DNA of 64,000 nucleotides from Fibrobacteria bacterium (GTDB lineage Bacteria; Fibrobacterota; Fibrobacteria; UBA11236): NCBI GenBank assembly GCA_043745805.1, contig JAYTSD010000032.1, positions 32,001 to 96,000 of the forward strand, read 5' to 3'. Shown piece by piece: positions 8,671 to 17,119 of this stretch (position 1 is its first letter; each line of letters starts with the position of its first letter). The notes under the pieces were generated by a model. It saw only the letters and a program-made list of their open reading frames with translations, ran no database searches and was not told where the DNA came from. The position numbers and the translations under genes were made by a program.

Positions 8671-9720
8671 ATGCAAGACTTTAAACATCAAATTGATATT
8701 CAAGAATACTACGGAAAAATCCTAAAATCATCCACTGATTTAAAAACCAATGCTTGTTGTAGTAGCGATGCCGTGCCGGAAAAACATCGAAAAATTTTAG
8801 CGGAATTGCCCACTGAAATTCTGGAAAAGTTTTATGGCTGCGGATCGCCCATTCCCATGGACTTAGAAGGCCTAACCATTTTGGATTTGGGTTGCGGCAG
8901 TGGTCGAGATGCGTATTTACTATCTAAGCTGGTAGGTCCAAAGGGCAAGGTCATCGGCATTGATATGACTGAAGAACAGTTACAAATTGCACAAAAACAT
9001 GTGACTTCGCAATCTGAAAAATGGGGCTATGCGAAAGCGAATATGGAATTTCATCACAGTTATATAGAAGATTTATCGGCTTATATTGCTGATGCTTCTA
9101 TTGACATTGTGATTTCGAATTGCGTGATAAATTTATCTCCCTCTAAAGAAGCTGTTTTTCGTGAAATTTTTCGTGTGTTAAAACCTGGCGGCGAACTTTA
9201 TTTTTCAGATATTTTTGCTGGACGCAGGGTACCAGAGGCTTTACAAATGGATGCCGTTCTGCAAGGAGAGTGCTTGGCGGGAGCTTTGTATTGGGAAGAT
9301 TTTCGTAGAATTTTGCGTAAAGTGGGTTGCTTGGATTATCGATTTATGTCGAAGCGAAAAATTGCAATCGGTAATGTGGAGCTTGAAAACCGTATTGGCA
9401 GGGTAGATTTTTGGTCGGCTACGGTGCGGGCTTTTAAGTTACCGAATTTGGAAGATGTTTGTGAAGATTATGGTCAAACTGCAACCTATTTAGGAACTAT
9501 TCCCAACGCGCCGCATACTTTTGCTTTGGATGATCATCATTTGTTTGAAACGGGTAAGCCAAATTTGGTATGTGGCAATACCGCCTCTATGCTTGCCGAT
9601 ACGCGCTGGGGACGTCACTTTAAAGTTATTGGTGAAATGAATACCCATTTTGGGATTTTTGCTTGTGGTCCAAATTCTGCGCCTTTGCTGGGTGAGGACG
9701 TGGGTGGGGCTTGCTGCTAA
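8671..9720 (+). CDS. arsM: Arsenite S-adenosylmethionine methyltransferase-like (ArsM/AS3MT family)
   Basis: TNACC, FYGCGSP, SAM motif LDLGCGSGRD, ISNCVINL, GECLAGA, CEDYGQ, C-terminal GACC. Confidence 0.75.
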   Translation: MQDFKHQIDIQEYYGKILKSSTDLKTNACCSSDAVPEKHRKILAELPTEILEKFYGCGSPIPMDLEGLTILDLGCGSGRDAYLLSKLVGPKGKVIGIDMTEEQLQIAQKHVTSQSEKWGYAKANMEFHHSYIEDLSAYIADASIDIVISNCVINLSPSKEAVFREIFRVLKPGGELYFSDIFAGRRVPEALQMDAVLQGECLAGALYWEDFRRILRKVGCLDYRFMSKRKIAIGNVELENRIGRVDFWSATVRAFKLPNLEDVCEDYGQTATYLGTIPNAPHTFALDDHHLFETGKPNLVCGNTASMLADTRWGRHFKVIGEMNTHFGIFACGPNSAPLLGEDVGGACC

Positions 9721-9728
9721 AGTATTAG

Positions 9729-11222
9729 TTATTCAAGCGTCTGTTTAAACAAACTCAGCGAATGATAAGCGGCTAGCGCGCGCGCTCGGGCTGCGGAATG
9801 ATCCACAATAGGGTGAGGATAGGTTTCGCCTAAAACGACCCCTGCCTTGGCAAGTGCTGCCGTTGAGGCTTCCCAAGGGCGATGGATATTGCGAGAGTCT
9901 AGGCCCGCGAGTTCCGGAATCCAATGCCGAATATAGCTACCGCTGGCATCAAACCGTATCCCCTGAGTTACGGGGTGGAAAATACGAAAATACGGGGCGG
10001 CATCAGCGCCACTGCCCGCAACCCATTGCCAGCCCATGGTATTTTGGGCTAGGTCCGCGTCCACCAAAGTATCCCAAAACCATTTAGCTCCGATCTGCCA
10101 AGGTAACAGCAAATGCTTAACCAAAAAAGACGCGGTGGCCATGCGCACGCGATTATGCATCCAGCCCGTAGCCCATAACTGTCGCATGCCTGCGTCGATA
10201 TAAGGATATCCTGTGCGGCCGGTTTGCCAAGCGCGGAGACCCTCGCTGTCGCGGTTCCAAGGAAAGGCGGCAAACGATGGACGCAGCGGTTGATCGGGAG
10301 TATGCGGGAAATGAACGAGTAAATGATGGGCGAATTCGCGCCAGATCAACTGGCGTTGCCAAGCTAGCAGGGAGGTTTTTACAGTAGGGTCTTTCTTAGC
10401 TTCACTCAGTCGTATCTGCAGAGCGGCCCAGATTTCCCGAATCCCGATCTCACCAAAATGCAAATAAGGCGAAAGCCTAGAGGTACCTTCAAGAGACGGT
10501 ATATCGCGGGTTACCGCATATTCGGTTATGATGGCTTCCATCCCATTGGCTAGGAGTTCATGGCCGGCAGCGCTTCCTGGAGTCCAAGTGGATTGCAATC
10601 CGACATCCCAAGAGAAACGCGGGAGAAGCTTTAAACTGTTTATAGAAATGGAGTCAGGCCAGTGTTCCGGCGCGGGAATTTTTCGAGGATTGGGAAGCGG
10701 AGGCGCGGGTTCTGGCGCCTCTTGGGTGGCTCGCCAAAAAGGCGTGAAAACTTGATAGGGACCTGCGCTAGCGCGGGTGCGGATAGATTCGGGTTCATAG
10801 AGTAGGCTTGAGCAAAACACATCGACTTCAACACCGAGACCATTCGGATTTAAACGTAGAGCGTTTGCAATATGTTTATCATACGCTTCCACTTTTGGTT
10901 CATATCTCCGACTCCAGAATACAGCAGTAGCGCCGGTTTCATTAATCAGTGCACGTAATTCGGTTAAGGCATTGCCATGTCGGAGTATGAGTCTCGAACC
11001 TTTGCCGCGCAAGGCTTCATCCAACCGATTTAGAGAATGGTGCAACCACCAACGGCTCGCACCTCCTTGCGCCCAATCGCCTTCGCTTTCAGGGTCGTCA
11101 ATGTAAACCGGCACGACAATGCCGCGCTTGCATGCTTCATACAGAGCGGGATGATCGGCAAGGCGAAGATCTTGGCGAAACCAGACTAAGGTGAGGGCTT
11201 TTTTTTCTGTGTTTTTTGTCAT
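9729..11222 (-). CDS. phrB: Deoxyribodipyrimidine photolyase / cryptochrome family (class I/III CPD photolyase)
   Basis: VWFRQDLRLADHPAL, TSRLSPYLHFG, WREF, GRTGYPYIDAGMRQL, WMHNRVRM, DAAPYFRIF. Confidence 0.93.
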   Translation of the reverse strand: MTKNTEKKALTLVWFRQDLRLADHPALYEACKRGIVVPVYIDDPESEGDWAQGGASRWWLHHSLNRLDEALRGKGSRLILRHGNALTELRALINETGATAVFWSRRYEPKVEAYDKHIANALRLNPNGLGVEVDVFCSSLLYEPESIRTRASAGPYQVFTPFWRATQEAPEPAPPLPNPRKIPAPEHWPDSISINSLKLLPRFSWDVGLQSTWTPGSAAGHELLANGMEAIITEYAVTRDIPSLEGTSRLSPYLHFGEIGIREIWAALQIRLSEAKKDPTVKTSLLAWQRQLIWREFAHHLLVHFPHTPDQPLRPSFAAFPWNRDSEGLRAWQTGRTGYPYIDAGMRQLWATGWMHNRVRMATASFLVKHLLLPWQIGAKWFWDTLVDADLAQNTMGWQWVAGSGADAAPYFRIFHPVTQGIRFDASGSYIRHWIPELAGLDSRNIHRPWEASTAALAKAGVVLGETYPHPIVDHSAARARALAAYHSLSLFKQTLE

Positions 11223-11313
11223 TAATTATTCACACACTGCTGAAGCGATTCATTAAGGTATGGATACATTTGTTTATTGGTGAGTACGGTAATGTCTGAC
11301 ATTGGTTTTTCCG

Positions 11314-11568
11314 TTACCCCTTTAAAGCACTTTGTACGGCCGCGCGAATTTCTCGACGTAATACTTGTAAATCAGAAAGTCCAGGAACATTTCTCATGGC
11401 CTCTCTTAAGGTATTATTGATTAAAGTTTGATATCCTGTACTTTTTTTGACAGCCTGCTCTTGGAAATAAAGCAGAATATCCGCATCTAAGCGTAAGGTC
11501 TTTTGCACTTTTTGTGGGCGATAAAATTTACCTCGAATGCCTTTACTGAAATCATATTCTTTTTTCAT
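11314..11568 (-). CDS. brnA: BrnA family antitoxin
   Basis: MKKEYDFSKGIRGKFY, TLRLDADILLYF, GYQTLINNTLR (ribbon-helix-helix). Confidence 0.85.
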   Translation of the reverse strand: MKKEYDFSKGIRGKFYRPQKVQKTLRLDADILLYFQEQAVKKSTGYQTLINNTLREAMRNVPGLSDLQVLRREIRAAVQSALKG

Positions 11569-11695
11569 GTTAACCCTCGATGCATTTACTCACGCTTTTC
11601 TTTTGCAGTTGCGCGACTGCGCAGAAATTAAACGAATGATTTTTGTGTTTCTTATAATTCGCCTTTGCTTTGCGAGGATCCCATTCAAATTTCAT
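11565..11695 (-). pseudogene. brnT: Decayed BrnT toxin gene (central deletion, frameshifts, premature stop)
   Basis: Minus strand encodes MKFEWDPRKAKANYKKH, then in shifted frames IIRLISA and RATAKEKRE*. These are the two conserved ends of BrnT with the middle missing. The last frame ends in a TGA overlapping the brnA ATG. Confidence 0.8.
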
Positions 11696-11703
11696 TGAAT
11701 AAT

Positions 11704-11724
11704 TATAACTACAATGTAGCTACA
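11704..11724. promoter_or_regulatory. Putative BrnA autoregulatory operator
   Basis: Perfect palindrome TGTAGCTACA (11715-11724) plus degenerate copy TATAACTACA (11704-11713), just upstream of the brnT start. Confidence 0.5.
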
Positions 11725-11909
11725 ACTCTAGTTTTGCTTTAGCTTGCTGATTTCAGGCAAATTTTCATTGAATTTTGAAGAGCTAAAAATGCAGGTTAGG
11801 TAAATGTCTACTAAACTAGGGAAAGCTCATAGTTATCCTTTGTGAAAGTAAAGAAAGAATGTATATTGTCTTTCAACGTATATTTTTCGATTTTGAGAAC
11901 GGAAAAAAA

Positions 11910-13241
11910 ATGAGCAAGTCTTTATTATTTGCAACTATAGTTGCAGGTTCAATTTTGCGAACAGCTTTTGCAGACCCTATAATCGTAGGTACGCCAAAAC
12001 TTTTGTATACTACGGATAAATTGCCTATCGATCCAATATGTAGCCTTTCAAGCAGCATCCCTTCAACAATTGATTACTGCAACACAGCTCCTTTAAATTC
12101 GGCGGGAAAAGATTTGTTAAGTATTGATGGATCAGTACCAATTATTAAAAATTCTGATGGAAGTATGGGATTTTTTTACAATTTCGCAAATGGCTTCGCC
12201 TTATTTAAAGGCACGCCAGATAAACCATTTCCAAGCCTACCCTTATGGTCTGAAAAAATCCTAACAGCCTTTCCATACGCAACGCCAGTTGATATTCGAA
12301 AACGCGTAGTTAAAACTGCCGGACATCCAGGTCAAGATCATATTTATATTGCAAATATATACCATGGTTCCAATTCAAGTGCGGATCCGATGATAGGTTT
12401 TATTCATTATGAAGATATTGCATCCTGCAAGGATGCTGATGTGGTGAATGACGTATATTCCGCATCTTGTTCTTCATATCACATTGGTCTCGCAAATTCT
12501 ACTGATCGCGGCAAAACTTGGCATTATATGGGCCATGTTATTAATACTTCTAGAAATGGAGGTTACGGCGATGACGGCAAAAATAATGCACACCAGACCA
12601 CAAATATAGGTGGCGTTCCATATCTTGTTAAAGATGGGTATTTTTATGTTTACTATCACGAGTACCCTAGTGTTTCTGGAACAGATTACAAACGATACGT
12701 ATCTGTTGCCAGAGCATTAATTAGTGATGTGGTTAATGCAGCTTCAAATGGAAACGTAAGCCCGCCATGGTATAAATACAATAATGGTACATGGACACAG
12801 TCTGCGTTAACTGGATTGGGTTCAAGTATATTTGAAGCTCCACAAGACCATGGGAATACACATACTGACGCAGTTTACTCGAATCTAACAAAGAAGTATT
12901 ATTTAATTACCGTTGAACAAAATTTAAAGATTGGTAATAGCATTAATTTGTACTCCTCTTTTGATGGAATTAAGTGGGATGCTCCAAACAGCATTAGTTC
13001 AGGTTCAGTTTTTTATCCGTTTATTTCACCATCATCTTTTATTGACAATGATGCTCATACTGTTGGAAAGGATTTTTACGTTTTGTATGCAAAGACTTCT
13101 CCAAGATATCATGAGCCAAATTATCTCCGGTGTCTAGAGGCAGGTGACGGTGCGGGTGCTTGTCAAGATATATATCAAGTAAAGGTAACTTTGGGTGCAG
13201 GCGATGTATCGCCAATCATAGATAATGTATTAAGAAACTAA
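11910..13241 (+). CDS. Secreted Asp-box/beta-propeller glycoside-hydrolase-like protein; candidate A-like subunit
   Basis: Likely start MSKSLLFATIVAGSILRTAFA (signal peptide). Asp-box motifs STDRGKTW and SSFDGIKW; DGYFYVYYHE; VARA...WYKY. C-terminal CLEAGDGAGAC loop and SPIIDNVLRN tail. Confidence 0.6.
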   Translation: MSKSLLFATIVAGSILRTAFADPIIVGTPKLLYTTDKLPIDPICSLSSSIPSTIDYCNTAPLNSAGKDLLSIDGSVPIIKNSDGSMGFFYNFANGFALFKGTPDKPFPSLPLWSEKILTAFPYATPVDIRKRVVKTAGHPGQDHIYIANIYHGSNSSADPMIGFIHYEDIASCKDADVVNDVYSASCSSYHIGLANSTDRGKTWHYMGHVINTSRNGGYGDDGKNNAHQTTNIGGVPYLVKDGYFYVYYHEYPSVSGTDYKRYVSVARALISDVVNAASNGNVSPPWYKYNNGTWTQSALTGLGSSIFEAPQDHGNTHTDAVYSNLTKKYYLITVEQNLKIGNSINLYSSFDGIKWDAPNSISSGSVFYPFISPSSFIDNDAHTVGKDFYVLYAKTSPRYHEPNYLRCLEAGDGAGACQDIYQVKVTLGAGDVSPIIDNVLRN

Positions 13242-13286
13242 ATCTATTTAAATCACAAAAATCATATCAAATAATTAGGAGAATTT

Positions 13287-13640
13287 ATGAAAACTCGGAA
13301 AATATTTCTTTTAGCTGGATTAGCTGCAATAAACTCATTTGCATTTAATAATGCAACATGGGTTCAAATATCAACAATTAAATGCATAAGAGTTAACGGT
13401 ACGCAAGCGCTTTTTAAAATTAATGAAACATCCCCAACAATGATTCCTGTGACAGACACAAAAATGAATACCTATTGGTTTCAGGTTGATCTATCTTCCA
13501 AAGAAGGCAGTGCAGCATACACTGCATTGCTTATGGCAAAATTTTCTGGTAGTACAGTTCAATTTTATGTTCCAAGTGGTACTGCAAATGCGGGCGGTGT
13601 TTACCCTGTTCAAAACTTTACATATGGACAAGATGCTTAA
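13287..13640 (+). CDS. Small secreted protein, AB5 B-subunit-like (OB-fold pattern), paralog 1
   Basis: SD AGGAGA; signal peptide ending SFA; helix-strand motif YTALLMAKFSGSTVQFY. The CDS is certain; the fold call is inference. Confidence 0.55.
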   Translation: MKTRKIFLLAGLAAINSFAFNNATWVQISTIKCIRVNGTQALFKINETSPTMIPVTDTKMNTYWFQVDLSSKEGSAAYTALLMAKFSGSTVQFYVPSGTANAGGVYPVQNFTYGQDA

Positions 13641-13758
13641 ATTACTTCTTGGTCAAGATAGATTTTCGAATTTTGTTAAAAAAACGAAGTACTCTTAAAC
13701 CTGATCATAAAGCCAAATAATTTTCAAGGATAGCAACATTTTAATTTAGGAAAATTCA

Positions 13759-14130
13759 ATGAAAATTTGGAAAATATGCTTGATTCTCGGATCTGCTTTA
13801 ATAAATGTTTTTGCCTTTCAAGACATGAATTCTGTGGTCTCATCAACAATCAAATGTGTACGAGTAAATGTTACGTCATCTGGTGTTACTCAAGCTTTAT
13901 TCAAAATTAATGAGGCTTCACCAACGATGAACGATTTAAACGATACAAAAATGAACACTTATTGGTTTCAAGTTGATTTAGCTAATCAAGATGGTCTTGC
14001 TGAATATTTAACAATGCTAAAAGCAAAATTTTCTGGTCAACAAGTTCAGTTTTTGATAACAAGTGGTACTGCGAACGCTGACAATGTTTATCCTGTTCAA
14101 AATTTAACATATGGATATCAAGAGGACTGA
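13759..14130 (+). CDS. Small secreted protein, AB5 B-subunit-like (OB-fold pattern), paralog 2
   Basis: Signal peptide ending VFA; about 63 of 98 aligned mature residues identical to 13287..13640 by manual alignment; YLTMLKAKFSGQQVQF. Confidence 0.55.
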   Translation: MKIWKICLILGSALINVFAFQDMNSVVSSTIKCVRVNVTSSGVTQALFKINEASPTMNDLNDTKMNTYWFQVDLANQDGLAEYLTMLKAKFSGQQVQFLITSGTANADNVYPVQNLTYGYQED

Positions 14131-14344
14131 TTTATCATACCCATTCTTTTTAATTCCAAACACCACACGAGGTTTTTGTGATTTTGTAAGGTTTTTAAAT
14201 AAATCAGGTTCGACAGATTTTGTATGTAATGCTTGATATTAATTTATCCAGTTAATTTCTAAAGCTACACTACCATTGGAAGAGCCGTGAATAAACCCAT
14301 TTTTAGCTATATTTGCCCATCAAAGAACTTAAAAAGAATTTAGG

Positions 14345-17065
14345 GTGGCAATGGAAAGTCGTTATTCTCCGAGCGATATAGAAGACAAGTGGTATCAAAT
14401 TTGGGAAGAGGCCGGTGCTTTTAAACCCCAAGCTAAAGATAAAAACAAGGGTAAGCCTTTTACCATTGTTATTCCGCCGCCGAATGTGACTGGCGCTTTG
14501 CATATGGGTCATGCGCTGAATAATACTTTGCAAGATGTTTTGATTCGTTGGAAACGTTTGCAGGGTTTCAATACCTTATGGCAACCCGGTACCGACCATG
14601 CGGGCATTGCCACGCAAAGTGTAGTGGAACGCGAATTGGCTAAGCAAGGCGTGAAGCGTCAGGACTTGGGTCGCGAAAAATTTGTCGAACGCGTTTGGGA
14701 ATGGAAACAAGAATACGGCGACCGTATTGTGAATCAATTGAAAAAACTCGGCAGTTCTTGTGATTGGTCGCGTTTGCGCTTTACCATGGATGAGGGTTTA
14801 TCCATTGCGGTGAAAGAAGTTTTTGTACGGCTCTATGAAGATGGCCTGATTTATCAAGGTAATCGCCTGATCAATTGGTGTCCCAAATTGCAAACGGCTT
14901 TGGCGGATGAAGAAGTGGAAAACAAAGAAGCGCAAGGACATTTTTGGTCTTTGCGTTACCCTTTGGCGGAAGATCCTTCACAATTTATTGTGGTGGCGAC
15001 GACGCGTCCGGAAACTTTATTTGGTGATGTGGCTGTGGCTGTTAACGCGGAAGATACCCGCTATCAGCATTTGATTGGCAAAAAAGTAAAATTGCCTTTA
15101 ACCAATCGCGAAATCCCTATTATCGCCGATGAGCATGCCGATCCCACTAAGGGTTCCGGCGCAGTGAAAATCACTCCGGCTCATGACTTCAATGATTTCG
15201 AAGTGGGCAAGCGACATAATCTTGAACCCATTTGCGTGATGGATTTAAATGCGCATATGAATGAAAAAGCCGGTGCCTATGCGGGCTTGGAGCGTTTCGC
15301 TTGCCGCAAAAAAGTTTTGGCCGATTTAGAAGCTGCGAGTTTAGTAGAAAAAATTGAAGATAAAGTGATATCGTTACCGCTATGTTACCGTAGCGGTGAT
15401 ATTGTCGAACCGTATTTAATGAATCAATGGTTTGTGAATATGCGTCCTTTGGCGGAACCTGCTTTGGAGGCTGTGGTCGAAGGTAAAACGATTGCGGAAA
15501 GACAAGCTACCGGAACCATTGGTTTTGTGCCGGAACGTTATACCAAAACCTACCGCACATGGCTTGAGCCCTTTAAAGATTGGTGCATATCGCGTCAACT
15601 ATGGTGGGGTCATCAAATTCCTGCTTGGTATGTCATTAGTGAAACCGGCGGACAAAAACGCAATGACACACCTTTTGTAGTGGCGCGTTCGACGGAAGAA
15701 GCGAAACAAAAAGCTATTGCAAAGTATGGTGACAATGTAGTTTTGGTACAAGAAGAAGATGTGTTGGACACTTGGTTTTCCAGTGCCTTATGGCCTTTCA
15801 GCACTTTAGGTTGGCCGGAAAAAACCGAAAGCTTAAAAACTTTTTACCCTACCGATGTACTGATTACGGATAGAGGTATTATTTATTTCTGGGTAGCGCG
15901 CATGATTTTTTCGGGATTAAAATTTTTGGATAAAGCACCCTTTCATACCGTGTATATACATGGCACTATTCTCGATGAAAAAGGTCAGCGCATGTCCAAG
16001 TCCAAGGGCAATGGCATTGATCCTATTGAGATGATTAAAACTTATGGTGCCGATGCTGTGCGTTTTGCTTTGATGACTTTGACTACCGAAGGGCAAGACA
16101 TTAAACTCTCGCCGGTGAAATTTGAATCGGGCCGTAATTTTGCCAATAAACTTTGGAATGCCGTACGTTTTGTGTTACCCCATGTGGAAGCACAGCAAGC
16201 CGAAGATAATCAAGTTATGGATTTACAAAGTCAAGCTTTATCCATGCCGGATCGTTGGATATTGTCACGCGCGAATTCTATGATACACGATGTGAATCAA
16301 GCTTTGGAAGCCTTGCGCTTTTCCGAAGCGGCGCAGGCCATATACCGCTTCACTTGGGATGATTTCTGTTCCCGTTACTTAGAAATTCGCAAACGGATTA
16401 TCACGGGAGAAGCTTCACCTGAAAAGCAAATGGCCGTAGCGGTTTTTGTTTCCGTACTGGAAAAATTGATTGCCGTTTTGCATCCCTTTATGCCTTTTAT
16501 CACTGAGGAAATTCATGCCGCTTTAGGTCATAAAAATCTTTTGATCACTAGTGCTTGGCCAATGGTGGATGAAAAAGCACGCGATAAAAATTTAGAAGAT
16601 GGCTTTGAAGAAGTGTTTGCCGTGGTGGAAGCTTTGCGCGCCATTCGTGGTCAATATGCTATTGCTCCGGCTAAACCATTAAATGCCGTACTCAGCTTTG
16701 ATGACGCCGAAAAGAATGCTAAAGCCCAGGTTACGCAGGAGATACTGATCAATTTAGAAAAAGTGGGCGAGTTAAAAATTGGTTTGGGCTTGCCTAAACC
16801 TAGTTTTGCTGCCACGGAAGTGATTCCTGGAGGCAAGCTCTATGTGGCTTTGGAAGGTATTCTCGATATTGAAGCGGAGCGCCAAAAGATTCGTAAAGAA
16901 TTGGAAAAGTCCGAAGGCTTTGTGAAAGCGCAAGCGCAAAAATTAGCGAATGAAAAGTTCGTAGGTTCCGCACCGGCGCAAGTGATTGAGTTGGAAAGAC
17001 AAAAGCTAGCTTCGCAACAAGAGAAATTGGAAAAACTTAAAGAGACTCTCGCTAGCTTGGGGTAA
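14345..17065 (+). CDS. valS: Valine--tRNA ligase
   Basis: PPPNVTGALHMGH, GTDHAGIATQ, DWCISRQLWWGH, RMSKS, C-terminal coiled coil. ATG at 14351 is an alternative start. Confidence 0.98.
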   Translation: MAMESRYSPSDIEDKWYQIWEEAGAFKPQAKDKNKGKPFTIVIPPPNVTGALHMGHALNNTLQDVLIRWKRLQGFNTLWQPGTDHAGIATQSVVERELAKQGVKRQDLGREKFVERVWEWKQEYGDRIVNQLKKLGSSCDWSRLRFTMDEGLSIAVKEVFVRLYEDGLIYQGNRLINWCPKLQTALADEEVENKEAQGHFWSLRYPLAEDPSQFIVVATTRPETLFGDVAVAVNAEDTRYQHLIGKKVKLPLTNREIPIIADEHADPTKGSGAVKITPAHDFNDFEVGKRHNLEPICVMDLNAHMNEKAGAYAGLERFACRKKVLADLEAASLVEKIEDKVISLPLCYRSGDIVEPYLMNQWFVNMRPLAEPALEAVVEGKTIAERQATGTIGFVPERYTKTYRTWLEPFKDWCISRQLWWGHQIPAWYVISETGGQKRNDTPFVVARSTEEAKQKAIAKYGDNVVLVQEEDVLDTWFSSALWPFSTLGWPEKTESLKTFYPTDVLITDRGIIYFWVARMIFSGLKFLDKAPFHTVYIHGTILDEKGQRMSKSKGNGIDPIEMIKTYGADAVRFALMTLTTEGQDIKLSPVKFESGRNFANKLWNAVRFVLPHVEAQQAEDNQVMDLQSQALSMPDRWILSRANSMIHDVNQALEALRFSEAAQAIYRFTWDDFCSRYLEIRKRIITGEASPEKQMAVAVFVSVLEKLIAVLHPFMPFITEEIHAALGHKNLLITSAWPMVDEKARDKNLEDGFEEVFAVVEALRAIRGQYAIAPAKPLNAVLSFDDAEKNAKAQVTQEILINLEKVGELKIGLGLPKPSFAATEVIPGGKLYVALEGILDIEAERQKIRKELEKSEGFVKAQAQKLANEKFVGSAPAQVIELERQKLASQQEKLEKLKETLASLG

Positions 17066-17089
17066 CATCCAGGTTAATTTTTCTTATAC

Positions 17090-17115
17090 GGTTTATTCGA
17101 TTTTAATCGAAAACC
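17090..17115. terminator. Possible terminator hairpin between convergent valS and S8 peptidase
   Basis: GGTTT-A-TTCGATT-TT-AATCGAA-AACC inverted repeat. Confidence 0.35.
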
Positions 17116-17119
17116 AATC

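Noticed and set aside
11859-11909. ORF-track N-terminal extension of the 460-aa protein
   Set aside because: The signal peptide begins at Met 11910.
14200-14225. GGTTCGA (T-loop-like) sequence upstream of valS, considered as tRNA remnant, attachment site or T-box
   Set aside because: No cloverleaf, no matching direct repeat and no T-box consensus recognisable.
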